From a bacterium (GTDB lineage Bacteria > Desulfobacterota > S145-22): a DNA stretch of 53,916 nucleotides. Positions 45,094 through 53,916 of the stretch are shown here, piece after piece; within the stretch, counting starts at the first letter, position 1; every line of letters starts with the position of its first letter. Location: NCBI GenBank assembly GCA_027004185.1, contig JALTIG010000221.1, positions 1 to 53,916 of the forward strand, read 5' to 3'. The position numbers and the translations under genes were made by a program. Below the pieces are notes generated by a model. That model was given only the letters and a program-made list of their open reading frames with translations. It was not told where the DNA came from and searched no databases.

Positions 45094-48000
45094 ATGGTAA
45101 CCATAAAGGGTTCTTTTGTTCATCTCCATTTACACAGTCAGTACAGTCTGTTGGATGGGGCCATCCGGTTTCCAAAGCTTTTTGAGCAGCTAACTTCAGA
45201 CGGGGTAAATGCCGTGGCTCTGACCGATCATGGCAATATGTTCGGCGCCTATGATTTTTATCGGCAGGCCAAAGATTATGGAATCCATCCCATTATTGGA
45301 TGTGAGGTATATGTTGCGCCTGAAAGCCGTTTTAAAAGGAAAAATGATTCCAGGAAGGATTCATCAAATCACCTGATCCTCTTAGCAAAGAATAACATCG
45401 GGTATCAGAATCTTGCCCGCCTTGTTTCTCTCGGCTATACAGAAGGTTTTTATTATAAGCCGAGAGTCGATCATGAATTGCTTAAGAACTATCACGAAGG
45501 GATTATTGCCTTATCTGCTTGTTTAAAGGGGGAGATACCCTCTCTGATCCTTTCAAAGAATATGGATGCGGCACGGGAACGGATCCTTTTTTATCAAACG
45601 TTATTTGGAAAAGGGAATTTTTACCTGGAGATTCAGAGAAACGGTATTGAGGAGCAAACACTTGTAAATGAATCCTTGATCGCCTTTGCAAGGGAGAAAG
45701 GCATTCCCCTTGTTGCAACGAATGATTGTCACTACTTGAAGCGACAGGATGCTCAGGCTCATGAAGTTCTCCTTTGTCTCCAAACCGGAAAAACCCTTTT
45801 AGATCAGAACCGCATGAGGTTTAAAACCGATGAATTCTATGTCAAATCACCGAATGAGATGTACAAGAATTTCTCAGATGTTCCCGAAGCCATCGAAAAT
45901 ACCCTTGAAATTGCAAGGAAGTGTGATGTAGACCTTTCTTTCAAGGGCTACCATTTCCCCATTTATGAACTTCCAGAGGGAAAGGACTCCAAAACTTATC
46001 TCACAGAAAAGGCTATGGAGGGGCTTGAATCTTATTTTAGAAGCATGAGAGAAAAGGGCAAAGATCTTGACGAAACCCTTTACAGACAGCGCCTTGAATA
46101 TGAATTGAAAACGATTCAGGAGATGGGGTTCTCTGATTATTTTCTTATCGTCAGCGACTTTATTGGCTATGCTAAAAATCACCAGATCCCTGTGGGACCA
46201 GGTAGGGGATCTGCGGCAGGAAGTCTGGTTTCCTTTGCACTAGGGATCACAGAGATAGACCCGATTCCTTATAAGTTGATGTTTGAGCGTTTCTTAGCGC
46301 CGGGCCGTGTAAGTATGCCAGACATTGACTGTGATTTCTGTGAAGAGAAACGTGAACAGGTAATTCAATATGTAGCTGAAAAGTACGGCCATGACCGTGT
46401 CGCGCAGATTATCACCTTTTCGTCCATGAAAGCTAAGGGAGTTATCCGGGATGTGGGAAGGGTTATGGGACTGCCGTATGCCGAAGTGGATCGGGTTGCG
46501 AAGCTTATCCCCACCCAGTTAAATATCACGATTGATGAGGCAATTCGTCTTTCCCCTAAACTTAAGGAGCTGATGGAGACGAACCCAAATATTTCCAAGA
46601 TGGTCAATATTGCGAGGACGCTTGAAGGATTGAATCGCCATAGCTCCAAGCATGCTGCGGGGGTAGTTATTTCAAGCAAGCCCTTAACAGAATTTCTCCC
46701 GATTTACAAGGGCCAGGATGGTGAAATTCTAACCCAATATGACATGAGTGGTGTGGAATCGGTTGGACTGGTGAAGTTTGATTTTCTGGGACTATCAACC
46801 CTTTCGATCATTGACCGCGCCGTAACCCTAATTCGTGAAAAACAAGACCCACATTTTGACCTTAAATCTATTGATCTTCAAGACAAAAAAACCTTTGCGT
46901 TACTGAGAAGGGGGGAGGTTTCAGGAGTTTTTCAGCTTGAGAGTTCATCGGGAATGCGTGACCTCCTTGTAAGAATGAAACCGCGCGCTTTCGAAGATAT
47001 CATCGATCTGCTGGCCCTATACAGACCTGGTCCCCTCGAAAGTGGAATGGTAAACGATTATATCAAACGACGGAACAATAAGAAGTTGATTACTTATGAG
47101 ATTCCTCAACTGGAAGAGGTTCTGGGGGGAACCTATGGTGTGATCCTTTACCAGGAACAGGTGATGCAGATTGCTATGAAACTTGCAGGATTTTCTCCCT
47201 CTGACGCCGATAGATTGCGGAAGGCGATGGGGAAGAAAAAAGCAGAAGAGATGGCGAAATTGCGCGAAAAGTTCGTAGATGGAGCAGAAGAGCATGGAAT
47301 TCCGAAGGAGAAAGCTGAAAAACTTTATGATCAGATGGCACAGTTTGCCAAGTATGGCTTTAACAAATCCCATAGCACAGCCTATGCTATGATTGCATAT
47401 CAAACTGCCTATCTTAAGGCTCACTATCCCACGGAATTCATGGCAGCCCTTTTAAGCGTTGAGATGGGCAACTCGGACAAACTAGCACGCTATATTGACC
47501 GCTGTCGTCGAATGGGGATTGAGGTTCTACCGCCGGATGTTAACTGGAGTGGCCTCGATTTTGAGGTAGAGGGAGGAAAGATTCGTTTTGGGTTGGCGGG
47601 GATCAAGAACGTCGGAGAGGGAGCCGCAGAGATGATTGTTCAGGAAAGGGAAGAGGGGGGGAAATTCACCTCATTTTTAGACTTTTGTACCCGCCTTGAT
47701 CTTCGGAAGGTAAACAAGAGGGTTCTTGAAAGCCTGATAAAATGTGGGGCCTTTGATCCCATGGGAATCGCACGTGCCCGGTTGTTTGAGGCGTTGGATG
47801 AGGTATTGCATGTGGCACAGGCATCCCAGAAACAAGGTAGAAGCCAGCAGAAGTCACTTTTTTCCTTGGGAGGAAACCTGGATACTCCTCTGAACGGAAC
47901 GTTCACTTACCCAGACGTGGAGGACTGGCCCCCAAGCAAGCGTCTTTCATTTGAGAAAGACCTTCTGGGCATATTTTTGACTGGCCATCCTCTCAAGAAT

Positions 48001-48591
48001 TATGAAGATAAAATCAAGGCAGCAGGGGTAAAGAAGATTTCTGAACTTGCCGATGTTTCTCCAAGGAAGTCTGTCAAGATTGCCGGAGTAGTTGGACAAA
48101 CAAAAGAAATCACAACGAAGAAAAACAGGGAAAAAATGGCATTTGTGACGCTGGAAGACCAGACAGGTTCCGTAGAAGTCCTTGTCTTCCCCAGTGTGTA
48201 CAAAGAAGCAGAGTTTGAAATCTTCCAGGATTCCCTAATCCTGGTGGAGGGTATCCTGGATAAATCGAATGAGATGTTGAAGGTAAAGGCATCCTCCATT
48301 ATATCTCTTGACAAGGTTCCCACATCCTCTAAATCCTTTCACATTTTTATTCCTGTTGAAGTAGTAAACACAGAACGCCTGTCCTCATTCCGGGCGACCT
48401 TTGAAAGGAGCGATAAAAAGGGACCGATTGAGGATTGTCACTTTGTGATGCATGTCCAGGACTGGGAAAGTGGGGAAGAAGCGGTCATTTCCCTTCCCGA
48501 AGCTTACAGGGCATCAAAGGATGATCTTATGGGGATTGAGAGTTCCCTCAAAGACCTTTTCGGAGATGAGGTGTGGATGAAATTGGTTTAG
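45094..48591 (+). CDS. dnaE: DNA polymerase III alpha subunit
   Basis: PHP domain HLHLHSQYSLLDG, GPGRGSAAGSLV, FNKSHSTAYA and a C-terminal OB fold. ATG 45094 with GGGAG upstream is preferred over GTG 45079, which overlaps guaA. Confidence 0.95.
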   Translation: MVTIKGSFVHLHLHSQYSLLDGAIRFPKLFEQLTSDGVNAVALTDHGNMFGAYDFYRQAKDYGIHPIIGCEVYVAPESRFKRKNDSRKDSSNHLILLAKNNIGYQNLARLVSLGYTEGFYYKPRVDHELLKNYHEGIIALSACLKGEIPSLILSKNMDAARERILFYQTLFGKGNFYLEIQRNGIEEQTLVNESLIAFAREKGIPLVATNDCHYLKRQDAQAHEVLLCLQTGKTLLDQNRMRFKTDEFYVKSPNEMYKNFSDVPEAIENTLEIARKCDVDLSFKGYHFPIYELPEGKDSKTYLTEKAMEGLESYFRSMREKGKDLDETLYRQRLEYELKTIQEMGFSDYFLIVSDFIGYAKNHQIPVGPGRGSAAGSLVSFALGITEIDPIPYKLMFERFLAPGRVSMPDIDCDFCEEKREQVIQYVAEKYGHDRVAQIITFSSMKAKGVIRDVGRVMGLPYAEVDRVAKLIPTQLNITIDEAIRLSPKLKELMETNPNISKMVNIARTLEGLNRHSSKHAAGVVISSKPLTEFLPIYKGQDGEILTQYDMSGVESVGLVKFDFLGLSTLSIIDRAVTLIREKQDPHFDLKSIDLQDKKTFALLRRGEVSGVFQLESSSGMRDLLVRMKPRAFEDIIDLLALYRPGPLESGMVNDYIKRRNNKKLITYEIPQLEEVLGGTYGVILYQEQVMQIAMKLAGFSPSDADRLRKAMGKKKAEEMAKLREKFVDGAEEHGIPKEKAEKLYDQMAQFAKYGFNKSHSTAYAMIAYQTAYLKAHYPTEFMAALLSVEMGNSDKLARYIDRCRRMGIEVLPPDVNWSGLDFEVEGGKIRFGLAGIKNVGEGAAEMIVQEREEGGKFTSFLDFCTRLDLRKVNKRVLESLIKCGAFDPMGIARARLFEALDEVLHVAQASQKQGRSQQKSLFSLGGNLDTPLNGTFTYPDVEDWPPSKRLSFEKDLLGIFLTGHPLKNYEDKIKAAGVKKISELADVSPRKSVKIAGVVGQTKEITTKKNREKMAFVTLEDQTGSVEVLVFPSVYKEAEFEIFQDSLILVEGILDKSNEMLKVKASSIISLDKVPTSSKSFHIFIPVEVVNTERLSSFRATFERSDKKGPIEDCHFVMHVQDWESGEEAVISLPEAYRASKDDLMGIESSLKDLFGDEVWMKLV

Positions 48592-48619
48592 GGTTGAAAA
48601 TCAGGGTATGGGATAATCT

Positions 48620-50011
48620 ATGAAAAAACGGGGTATATCCTATGAATATCATACGATATTAAAGGATATCATAGGCGAAAAACATGGTCTTTCCATGGAT
48701 GAAATCACTGCGTACCAATCTCGAGTCGATGCAGCACACCGAACTCTAATGGAATGGAAAGAAGCGGGAGAAATCGGTTTTTTAGACCTGCCCTTTAGTT
48801 CTGAGGCATGGGTTAGGGATATCGTTCAGAAGGCACGAGAAAAGAGCAAGGGGATGGAGACTTGCCTCGTTCTGGGGATCGGTGGCTCTTCCCTTGGTGG
48901 TAAGGCCCTACGGGATGCCATAAAATCACCCCTTTACAATGAGATGTCTCAGGAAAGGAGGAGGGGGTTCCCCCGGCTCTATTTTGCGGAGAATATTGAT
49001 CCAGAGACTTTTATGACTTTCCTTAGTTTACGGATGCCGAACAAGACACTTGTCGTGGCAATCAGTAAATCCGGCGGTACGGCTGAGACCATGAGCCAGT
49101 TTCTCATTGCAGTGGACTGGTTGAAGAGAAACCTGGGAAACACTTATGCTAATCATATTGTTGCGATTACCGACCCGAAAGAAGGGCCCCTTCGAGGGAT
49201 TGCCGAGGAGGAGGGTTTTGATACGCTCGATATCCCTAAGAACGTGGGAGGGAGGTTTTCCGTCCTGACACCTGTTGGCCTTTTCCCCGCAGCGGTTATC
49301 GGGATTGATATCAAAACCTTGCTCGAAGGTGCACGGGCCATGGCTAAACGATGTGAAACCCCTAATTTAGCAGATAACCCAGCTTACCTTAACGCGGTTA
49401 TCCACCATTGCTACGATGTAAAAAGAGGAAAACCTCTTTCCGTTATGATGCCTTACGCAGATAGTCTTCTTTCCTTTGCGGATTGGTATCGGCAGCTCTA
49501 TGCAGAGAGTTTGGGAAAGCGTTTAGACAGGCAAGGCAGAGAAGTCTTTAGTGGTCCTACCCCCATTCGGGCCCTCGGGGCGACAGACCAGCATTCTCAA
49601 CTCCAGCTCTATATGGAGGGTCCTTTTAACAAGGTCATCACCTTTATCCGGGTCGAGCATTTTCGGTGGGATGTGGAGATCCCGTATCCTCTCTCCTATC
49701 AGACATCTCTGGATTACCTACCGAACCACACCTTAGGCCAGCTTATCGGATTTGAACAGTTTGCGACGGCCCATGCCTTGAAGAACAACCATCGTCCCAC
49801 CGTTACCATAAAAATAGAGACATTAGATGAGTATGCACTTGGCCAGTTATTCTATTTTTATGAACTCCAGGTTGCCCTTCAGGGGGTTCTTTACAATGTC
49901 AACCCATTCGACCAGCCGGGGGTCGAATGGGGCAAAAAGCTTACCTACGGCCTGATGGGGCGGAAGGGGTATGAAAAGTATGTCGAAAAAATTCGTAATA
50001 AAACCTTGTAG
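48620..50011 (+). CDS. pgi: glucose-6-phosphate isomerase
   Basis: 463 aa with GIGGSSLG, ISKSGGTAET and DQHSQLQLYMEGP motifs. Confidence 0.9.
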   Translation: MKKRGISYEYHTILKDIIGEKHGLSMDEITAYQSRVDAAHRTLMEWKEAGEIGFLDLPFSSEAWVRDIVQKAREKSKGMETCLVLGIGGSSLGGKALRDAIKSPLYNEMSQERRRGFPRLYFAENIDPETFMTFLSLRMPNKTLVVAISKSGGTAETMSQFLIAVDWLKRNLGNTYANHIVAITDPKEGPLRGIAEEEGFDTLDIPKNVGGRFSVLTPVGLFPAAVIGIDIKTLLEGARAMAKRCETPNLADNPAYLNAVIHHCYDVKRGKPLSVMMPYADSLLSFADWYRQLYAESLGKRLDRQGREVFSGPTPIRALGATDQHSQLQLYMEGPFNKVITFIRVEHFRWDVEIPYPLSYQTSLDYLPNHTLGQLIGFEQFATAHALKNNHRPTVTIKIETLDEYALGQLFYFYELQVALQGVLYNVNPFDQPGVEWGKKLTYGLMGRKGYEKYVEKIRNKTL

Positions 50012-50035
50012 GTTTCTAAGAATCGGAATGCCTGG

Positions 50036-50869
50036 TCAGGGAAGGGAGCTGACGATATCCAGGTAAAACTGGTGGATTTTATGAAGAAGTTCCCGGGGTT
50101 TCTGGCCTCTCAAAACCTGGTCTGGGCTGATCCATCCTACCTCATTAAAATGCTCGGTTTCATCTAAAATTCCCTTAAAATAGCGCTCGCGCCACGTGGC
50201 GGATTTGACTGAAACCATGCCATCGTTGTCACCTTCCAGTCGGTAGATGGTGGCAAAAGAGCGTCTATGGAGGAGGGAAACCTTCTGGTATGTCTGACGC
50301 CCTGCAAAGGTTTGAAACAGGATTTCCCCTTCGCAGGAATTTTCAAACTCTATGACATCTTCCCGCCTATTGAAACGACGACATACTTGGGTGGTTACGT
50401 CGCTGAAGCCTGACAGGTCAAAGATGGTGCCCTTAAGTACCTTAAACAAGGGGTGAAACCGGGTTAACACCTGGTCAGCAAAGGGGGACCCCTCATGGGG
50501 GGTAGAGATGGTTGTCAGAGAGGCGACCTTTCGATGGATCTGATCGACAAGACGGTCATAAAAAAGCATGTGCCGGGCATCCAACCCCCCCATACTGTGC
50601 CCAATGATATTTATTTTGGAAGCCCCTGAGATGTAAAGAGTGTGGATGACAGCCTGCTTAAGGGCCCTTGCCCGCCTGTCGACTCCACCGGCCCACGGAA
50701 GAGTGGGACAGTAGGTGGAAAATCCATTCTGGGTTAAGAAGCTCCGAATCCCACGAAAGTAACAGAGTTTGTCGATGAAGGGGACGGTGGTATGGTCTGC
50801 GCCGAGGAGGCTGCTCCAGAGGATATCAAACCTTGCAAGGCCGTGCACAAGCAAAACAGGATAGGTCAT
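50036..50869 (-). CDS. alpha/beta hydrolase, lipase/esterase-like
   Basis: VLLVHGL oxyanion region and GHSMGG nucleophile elbow. 277 aa. Confidence 0.7.
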   Translation of the reverse strand: MTYPVLLVHGLARFDILWSSLLGADHTTVPFIDKLCYFRGIRSFLTQNGFSTYCPTLPWAGGVDRRARALKQAVIHTLYISGASKINIIGHSMGGLDARHMLFYDRLVDQIHRKVASLTTISTPHEGSPFADQVLTRFHPLFKVLKGTIFDLSGFSDVTTQVCRRFNRREDVIEFENSCEGEILFQTFAGRQTYQKVSLLHRRSFATIYRLEGDNDGMVSVKSATWRERYFKGILDETEHFNEVGWISPDQVLRGQKPRELLHKIHQFYLDIVSSLP

Positions 50870-50893
50870 GGTCCTGCCTTTCTTTTGTTTCTG

Positions 50894-52264
50894 TTACGGT
50901 AAAAGCCGATCATTGGAAAGGTAGTGGCTTATTTTACCATTCTTATCCTGTAGGAGTTCACTAATTTTCATCTCCCATTCCCTTATATCGCGCAATGCCC
51001 GTGTTGCCATAACCCGTTTTTTCTCCTTTCTTTTGACCTTCCCCTCGAGTGGTGTGACGAGACCCCAGTTGGCACCCATGGGAGAGAATCTTTGTTGAGG
51101 TGTTGTGACATGCCTATAGAGTCCCCCTAAAACGGTGGTTGGGGGAGGCGGATAAAAAGGTTTGTCTTTCATGAGGCAGAACAGCGCGCTTAAGAGGCCA
51201 AGGGCGGTGGATTCGATGTATCCCTCCACACCGGTTATCTGTCCTGCCAGGAAAATCCCGGGGATTTCTTTAAACTCCAGCTTAGGGGTGAGTACTTTGG
51301 GGGAATTGAGGTAAAAATTTCTGTGAATGGTGCCAAGGCGCGCAAATTCTGCATGCTCCAGCCCAGGCAAGGACCGAAAAACCCGTTTCTGCTCCGGAAA
51401 AGTCATCTTGGTTTGGAACCCTACCATGCTGAAAAGATTACCGGAAAGGGTTTCCTGGCGAAGCTGCACGACAGCATACGGTTGTTTTCCGGTTACCGGA
51501 TCGACAAACCCTACAGGTTTCATGGGACCATAGGCAAGGGTTTCTCTTCCCCTTTCAGCGAGGACTTCGATGGGCATACACCCTTCGTAATAGGATACTG
51601 ATTCGAAGGAATGCAACGGAACCTTTTTGGCTCCCAGGATATCGTCGACAAATTTTTCGTATTGTTCCTGCGTTAGGGGGATGTTCAAATAGTCATTCCC
51701 CCCTTTGCCATACCGGGAGCCTCGGAAAGCAACGGACATGTCTATGGTATCTGCATAAATGATTGGGGAAGTGGCGTCATAGAAATACAGGGCGTCGCTT
51801 CCCGTTCTATGGATGAGATCGTCGGCGAGGTCTGGGTGTGTCAGGGGACCAGTGGCAAGGATTGCAGGGTGTCCAGAGAGTTCATCCAGACAGCGTATGA
51901 GCCGATGCTCGATCCGAACCAAAGGGTGGCGTTCCAGTTTCTCCGTGATCTCCATCGAGAAGGCTTCCCTCTCAACACTTAAGGCATTCCCAGCGGGAAT
52001 GGCATGGCAAAAGGCGGTTTTCACTATCAAGGAGTCTAAGAGGGATAGTTCCTGTTTGAGGGTTCCGGTGGCTGTTTCTGTCTGAAGGGATTTTAACGAG
52101 TTGCTGCAGACCAATTCGCATAGAAGGGGAGACCTATGCGCTGGGGAGTAGACAAGTGGTTTCATCTCAATCAAGGTAACAGGGATATTCCTACGGGCAA
52201 GTTGCCAACAGGCCTCGCACCCTGCCAGTCCCCCACCGACTACGATGACTTCAAACGGGCTCAT
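50894..52264 (-). CDS. trmFO: methylenetetrahydrofolate--tRNA-(uracil54-C5)-methyltransferase
   Basis: VIVVGGGLAGCEA FAD fold and TrmFO/Gid-like length. ATG 52264 overlaps the permease stop by 1 nt (TAATG). The ORF-track start at 52285 lies inside the permease gene. Confidence 0.85.
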   Translation of the reverse strand: MSPFEVIVVGGGLAGCEACWQLARRNIPVTLIEMKPLVYSPAHRSPLLCELVCSNSLKSLQTETATGTLKQELSLLDSLIVKTAFCHAIPAGNALSVEREAFSMEITEKLERHPLVRIEHRLIRCLDELSGHPAILATGPLTHPDLADDLIHRTGSDALYFYDATSPIIYADTIDMSVAFRGSRYGKGGNDYLNIPLTQEQYEKFVDDILGAKKVPLHSFESVSYYEGCMPIEVLAERGRETLAYGPMKPVGFVDPVTGKQPYAVVQLRQETLSGNLFSMVGFQTKMTFPEQKRVFRSLPGLEHAEFARLGTIHRNFYLNSPKVLTPKLEFKEIPGIFLAGQITGVEGYIESTALGLLSALFCLMKDKPFYPPPPTTVLGGLYRHVTTPQQRFSPMGANWGLVTPLEGKVKRKEKKRVMATRALRDIREWEMKISELLQDKNGKISHYLSNDRLLP

Positions 52265-52998
52265 TATAACTGGGCCCATCTGCATAGTCTTCTTTCTACG
52301 ATTTCCACGATTTCGTAAAGCATGATACCAAGTGCGCTCATTCCGATTACGCCCACAAACATCTTAGGATAATCGGCCATACCCCAGGCATCGAGAATGA
52401 GGTTGCCCAGGCCATTTTGAGTTGCAAAGGATTCCACGAAAAAAAGGATCGCGACCGAGGTTCCAATACTGATCCTTAAGGAGGTCAAGATGGCAGGGAG
52501 ACAGGCGGGAATTACCACGTGCCTGTAGATATCAAAGGTGTTTCCTCCTAGTGTTACAAGTGCATCAATAAATGGCTTTTTAACAGAACGTGATCCGTCC
52601 CGCGTTGTGACCAAGATCTGATAGAAAACGACCAGGGAGATCAAAGCCACCTTGGAAACGTTGCCAATCCCCAGAAGGATGAAGAAGATTGGGAGGAAAA
52701 CGATCTTGGGAATCGGATAGGTGAGAAAGATCATGGGTGCGATCCATTTGTCCCATTTTGGGTTCTGTCCCAGAAAGAGCCCAAGGGGGACAGCGATGAG
52801 AATAGCTGTTATAAGACTCGTCACGACGCGCCCCATGCTAACAAGAAAATTGGGGGTAAAGGATGAGGAGGCAAACGATCTCAGTACGGAAAGGGGAGAA
52901 GGGATGATCCCCCCGGAGACACAAAGAGACATGATGATCCAAATCCCTAAAAGGATGAGAGCCGAGAGTAGCCCGATAAGATGACGGTAGTATTTCAT
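52264..52998 (-). CDS. ABC transporter permease (SsuC/TauC/NitT family)
   Basis: 244 aa with about six TM helices and composition typical of binding-protein-dependent permeases. Confidence 0.75.
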   Translation of the reverse strand: MKYYRHLIGLLSALILLGIWIIMSLCVSGGIIPSPLSVLRSFASSSFTPNFLVSMGRVVTSLITAILIAVPLGLFLGQNPKWDKWIAPMIFLTYPIPKIVFLPIFFILLGIGNVSKVALISLVVFYQILVTTRDGSRSVKKPFIDALVTLGGNTFDIYRHVVIPACLPAILTSLRISIGTSVAILFFVESFATQNGLGNLILDAWGMADYPKMFVGVIGMSALGIMLYEIVEIVERRLCRWAQL

Positions 52999-52999
52999 A

Positions 53000-53740
53000 T
53001 CAGGAATCCAGGTTCATAGAAAAGAGGAGCCTCCTTAATTTCGTGGAAATCTTGAAGAATTCCTTGGAGCTGCGAAACGAAGGATCCCCCGCGGATTCGT
53101 TCTCCACAACCGCCCGGATATGGGCTGGCTGTTCGGAAAGCACCAAAACCTTTTCTCCAAGAAATGTTGCCTCCTCAATGCTGTGTGTGACAATAATAAA
53201 GGTAATGTGATGCACCTTCCATATCCTTGAAAGGAGGATCTGTAAATGCTCTCGGGTCATGGCATCAAGGGAGGAGAAGGGTTCATCCATGAGAATCAGG
53301 GAAGGGTTCATCGCCAGGACACGAGCGATGGCGACGCGCTGACGCTGTCCGCCACTCAATTGCGATGGATAAAAGGTTCTGAAGGTACTCAACCCGAGTT
53401 CCTCGAGGATGGGTTCAAGTTTACGTTCGATCTCCTCATGGGGGAGGTGTTTAAGGGTTAATCCCATAGCCACATTTTCCCACACGGTTTTCCAGGGAAA
53501 CAGGCCGTAATCCTGTAGGATCATGGGGATATTGCCCCGAGTGTTTGCAGTTCCATTGACCTGAATTATCCCCTTCTGGACAGGGAGTAACCCGGCAATA
53601 AGATAGAGAAGCGTGGTTTTCCCACATCCTGAAGGACCAATAATCGCGCAGCTTTTACCTTTCTGGATGGAAAAGCTGATATCCTTCAGGACCTCGACAC
53701 CCTTTGGGTATGTAAACGAGAGATTGCGGACTTGAATCAT
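53000..53740 (-). CDS. ABC transporter ATP-binding protein (SsuB/TauB/NitT family)
   Basis: Walker A GPSGCGKTT, signature LSGGQRQRVAIARV and Walker B LMDEPFSSLD. Met-15 (ATG 53740, MIQVRNLSFTYP) is preferred. Confidence 0.9.
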   Translation of the reverse strand: MIQVRNLSFTYPKGVEVLKDISFSIQKGKSCAIIGPSGCGKTTLLYLIAGLLPVQKGIIQVNGTANTRGNIPMILQDYGLFPWKTVWENVAMGLTLKHLPHEEIERKLEPILEELGLSTFRTFYPSQLSGGQRQRVAIARVLAMNPSLILMDEPFSSLDAMTREHLQILLSRIWKVHHITFIIVTHSIEEATFLGEKVLVLSEQPAHIRAVVENESAGDPSFRSSKEFFKISTKLRRLLFSMNLDS

Positions 53741-53785
53741 GATGTGAGGTGAATAGCAAGTGGTTTCATGCGGGTCTGCCAATCG

Positions 53786-53916
53786 TCATTGTTTGGCAAA
53801 AAGATTTTCTGTAACGATAAAGTCTTCAATGCGGATGGGATGTTTAAGGATGTGTTTCTTTTTTAACCAGGCTAACACGGACAAAGCCATTTTTCGAGAG
53901 GGGGGAGAGGCCAAGG
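53786..53916 (-). CDS. 3' end of an upstream ORF, possibly the transporter's substrate-binding protein
   Basis: The minus-strand frame is open from the window edge to TGA at 53786-53788 (...LSVLAWLKKKHILKHPIRIEDFIVTENLFAKQ). The assignment rests on position only. Confidence 0.3.
   Translation of the reverse strand, partial: LASPPSRKMALSVLAWLKKKHILKHPIRIEDFIVTENLFAKQ

Overview
This is a chromosomal, mostly housekeeping window of about 46 protein genes. I saw no rRNA, tRNA, CRISPR array, IS element, integrase or recognisable defence system by eye. The host looks like a moderately AT-rich, probably anaerobic bacterium. NfnAB, TrmFO, a Geobacter-style pil gene order and a PATAN/DUF4388 protein hint at a Thermodesulfobacteriota- or Nitrospirota-like lineage, but that is only a guess.

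Gene content in order:
- gap-pgk
- pgpA, pncC, an M50 protease, rimO, an MBL-fold protein, a cinA-like gene and ridA
- a histidine phosphatase
- nfnAB
- pilB-pilT-pilC-pilS-pilR, with no pilin gene
- a ~1,000-aa large-type glutamate dehydrogenase
- xth
- a ~10-kb minus-strand glycosyltransferase (GT) train: six GT-B genes, one GT2, an orphan 108-aa ORF and a methyltransferase with a coiled-coil N-terminus
- purC and an uncharacterised ABC-class ATPase immediately upstream of that train
- a methyltransferase and rlpA
- a frameshifted alginate-export-type porin
- guaB-[TPR/zinc-ribbon membrane protein]-[PATAN/DUF4388 membrane protein]-guaA-dnaE
- pgi, a lipase-like hydrolase, trmFO and part of an ABC importer

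Three things look least explained:
1. A 418-bp AT-rich, strongly palindromic non-coding island splits the GT train. It carries short tandem repeats and a possible 38-codon cationic peptide gene with a degenerate inverted copy.
2. A translationally coupled membrane-protein pair is inserted inside the gua operon.
3. The GT/methyltransferase train has no export, polymerase or sugar-nucleotide genes.

All functional calls rest on motif recognition by eye. No database search was run.
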